The position numbers and the translations under genes are program-made. A model generated the notes under the pieces. It saw only the letters and a list, made by a program, of their open reading frames with translations, searched no databases and was not told the DNA's origin. A stretch of DNA of 62,941 nt, filler included. It is 8 parts of 8 records of this genome, joined end to end, with 100 filler letters (N's around TTAATTAATTAA, not from the genome) between each part and the next. Parts side by side here need not be neighbours in the genome. Positions count along the whole stretch, not along the records: positions 56,377 to 62,941 come from SRR31147125_54085; 7 more parts are not named here. The stretch is one strand, 5' to 3'. This document shows positions 62,024-62,941 of this stretch, in pieces (within the stretch, counting starts at the first letter, position 1; the number at the start of each line of letters is the position of its first letter).

Positions 62024-62941
62024 ATGGTAAAACAAATGATAACAGCCGGGCTTGCCGCAGGCCTGGCCCTGGTGTGGGCCCTGGCCCCTGCAGGGGATTT
62101 TTCCGGCCTTGCCAAACAGGCGGATAAGGATCTGCGTACGGCCCAGCGCCGGATGTTTTCCGGCAAGACCGATGAGGCCCAGGCGCTTTTGGCCAAGGTC
62201 ATGAAGGACCTTGCCGAGATGGAAACCCTAAACCCGAAAGCCCCCAAGACCGCATCCCTGAAGAAAAAGTTTTCCAAACTGGCCAGGGACCTGGAAAAGC
62301 GGACGGGCAGGGCCCTCGGGGGCGCACCCCTGGCAACTTCCGCCGGGAATAAAAAAACATTCTCCAGGGCAACGCCGCCAAAGGGAGAGAATCTCCCTTT
62401 TTACGCCACAAAATTCATTACCCAGGCAGACCAGGTTTTAAAAGCGGTGGCGCCCGGTCTCCAGAGTCTGGAATCCCCCGGGTTCACCGGGAGTAAGCCG
62501 GAACTGGCCCGATCCATTCAGAAAAAGGTGAAAAAACAGCTTTACGATCTGGACGGGGTGGTGTATGCCCTCAAGTCCAAGAAGCTGGATTCCCATCCGG
62601 ACCTGGTCCGGATCCGGAAGGGACTGGCCCGGGCCATGGCCGGTACCGGCAGGATCCTGAACCTTGAGGCGGAAAAGGAAAAGGCCCAGGCTCAGGCAAA
62701 GGCCGGCGCTGCCGGAAAAATGGAAGCCCGTGCCGTGGAACTGGAAAAATTCTTGGATGCGCATGCCCGGATTTTCACCCGGCTTAACAGGCGGGGGTAT
62801 GCCCTGTCCGACCTGGACGCGGCCGGGGAAGCGCTTTCCCTGATTGAAACCTATGAAAAAGAAGTGAGGCCCGGCCTTGCCGGTGCGGTCCAGGCATTTG
62901 GATCCAGGTACGGCAATTCTGCAAAGGCCATCAGTGCTAGG
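62024..62941 (+). CDS. Exported helical hypothetical protein (3' truncated; absent from the ORF track)
   Basis: RBS AAGGAGG; 306 stop-free codons to the window end; signal-like MVKQMITAGLAAGLALVWALAPA. Confidence 0.8.
   Translation, partial: MVKQMITAGLAAGLALVWALAPAGDFSGLAKQADKDLRTAQRRMFSGKTDEAQALLAKVMKDLAEMETLNPKAPKTASLKKKFSKLARDLEKRTGRALGGAPLATSAGNKKTFSRATPPKGENLPFYATKFITQADQVLKAVAPGLQSLESPGFTGSKPELARSIQKKVKKQLYDLDGVVYALKSKKLDSHPDLVRIRKGLARAMAGTGRILNLEAEKEKAQAQAKAGAAGKMEARAVELEKFLDAHARIFTRLNRRGYALSDLDAAGEALSLIETYEKEVRPGLAGAVQAFGSRYGNSAKAISAR

Noticed and set aside
2547..62764. Long antisense or alternate-frame ORFs (e.g. 2547..3422, 24669..25601, 42109..43323, 62438..62764)
   Set aside because: They are shadows of well-supported genes on the opposite strand and have no recognisable motifs.

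Overview
This window is not one locus. It is eight unrelated fragments joined by seven artificial 100-nt spacers (N44-TTAATTAATTAA-N44) at 9738, 15273, 21171, 26993, 36021, 48367 and 56277. Many genes are split by single-base indels, mostly in homopolymers, which are probably sequencing errors. Lineage labels below are inferred from gene content and composition only. (1) 1-9737, Desulfobacterales-like: a giant FecR-like/cadherin-like/RTX protein, a GAF-nucleotide cyclase and the C-terminus of a second RTX protein. (2) 9838-15272: a hybrid histidine kinase, a MITE-like repeat, pntAA-pntAB-pntB flanked by two decayed transposase-like copies, and an FxLYD-like protein. (3) 15373-21170, Alphaproteobacteria-like: a fucose-isomerase-like gene, a SorC regulator, an amidohydrolase and a sugar ABC transporter. 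(4) 21271-26992, Clostridia-like: an AT-rich block (LacI plus sugar-binding lipoprotein) abutting a truncated Ser/Thr kinase of an FHA-vWA-kinase operon. (5) 27093-36020, Bacteroidota: a two-adaptor/MacB-like/TolC operon, a DMT transporter and the start of pgi. (6) 36121-48366: a flagellar cluster (fliD, fliT, fliS, flaG, fliW, csrA, flgL, flgK, flgN, flgJ-like) with enlarged hook-associated proteins. (7) 48467-56276, Bacteroidota: sugar kinase, epimerase, polyol-phosphate dehydrogenase, SSS transporter, GH27 and GH78. (8) 56377-62941: MCP, solute-binding protein, Fe-S protein, racemase, flavin oxidoreductase and an exported hypothetical protein. No rRNA, complete tRNA or CRISPR array was seen, and I cannot claim a proven new system. 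Best leads: modules shared pairwise between FliD/FlgL and FlgL/FlgK; a sigma28-driven, CsrA-motif hairpin leader on fliS; a non-canonical cyclase between two RTX genes; a tRNA-Cys-like sequence exactly at a kinase-truncating GC break; a possible fossil composite element around pnt; and a Cys-Cys-Cys small ORF coupled to an efflux operon that has no ATPase gene.
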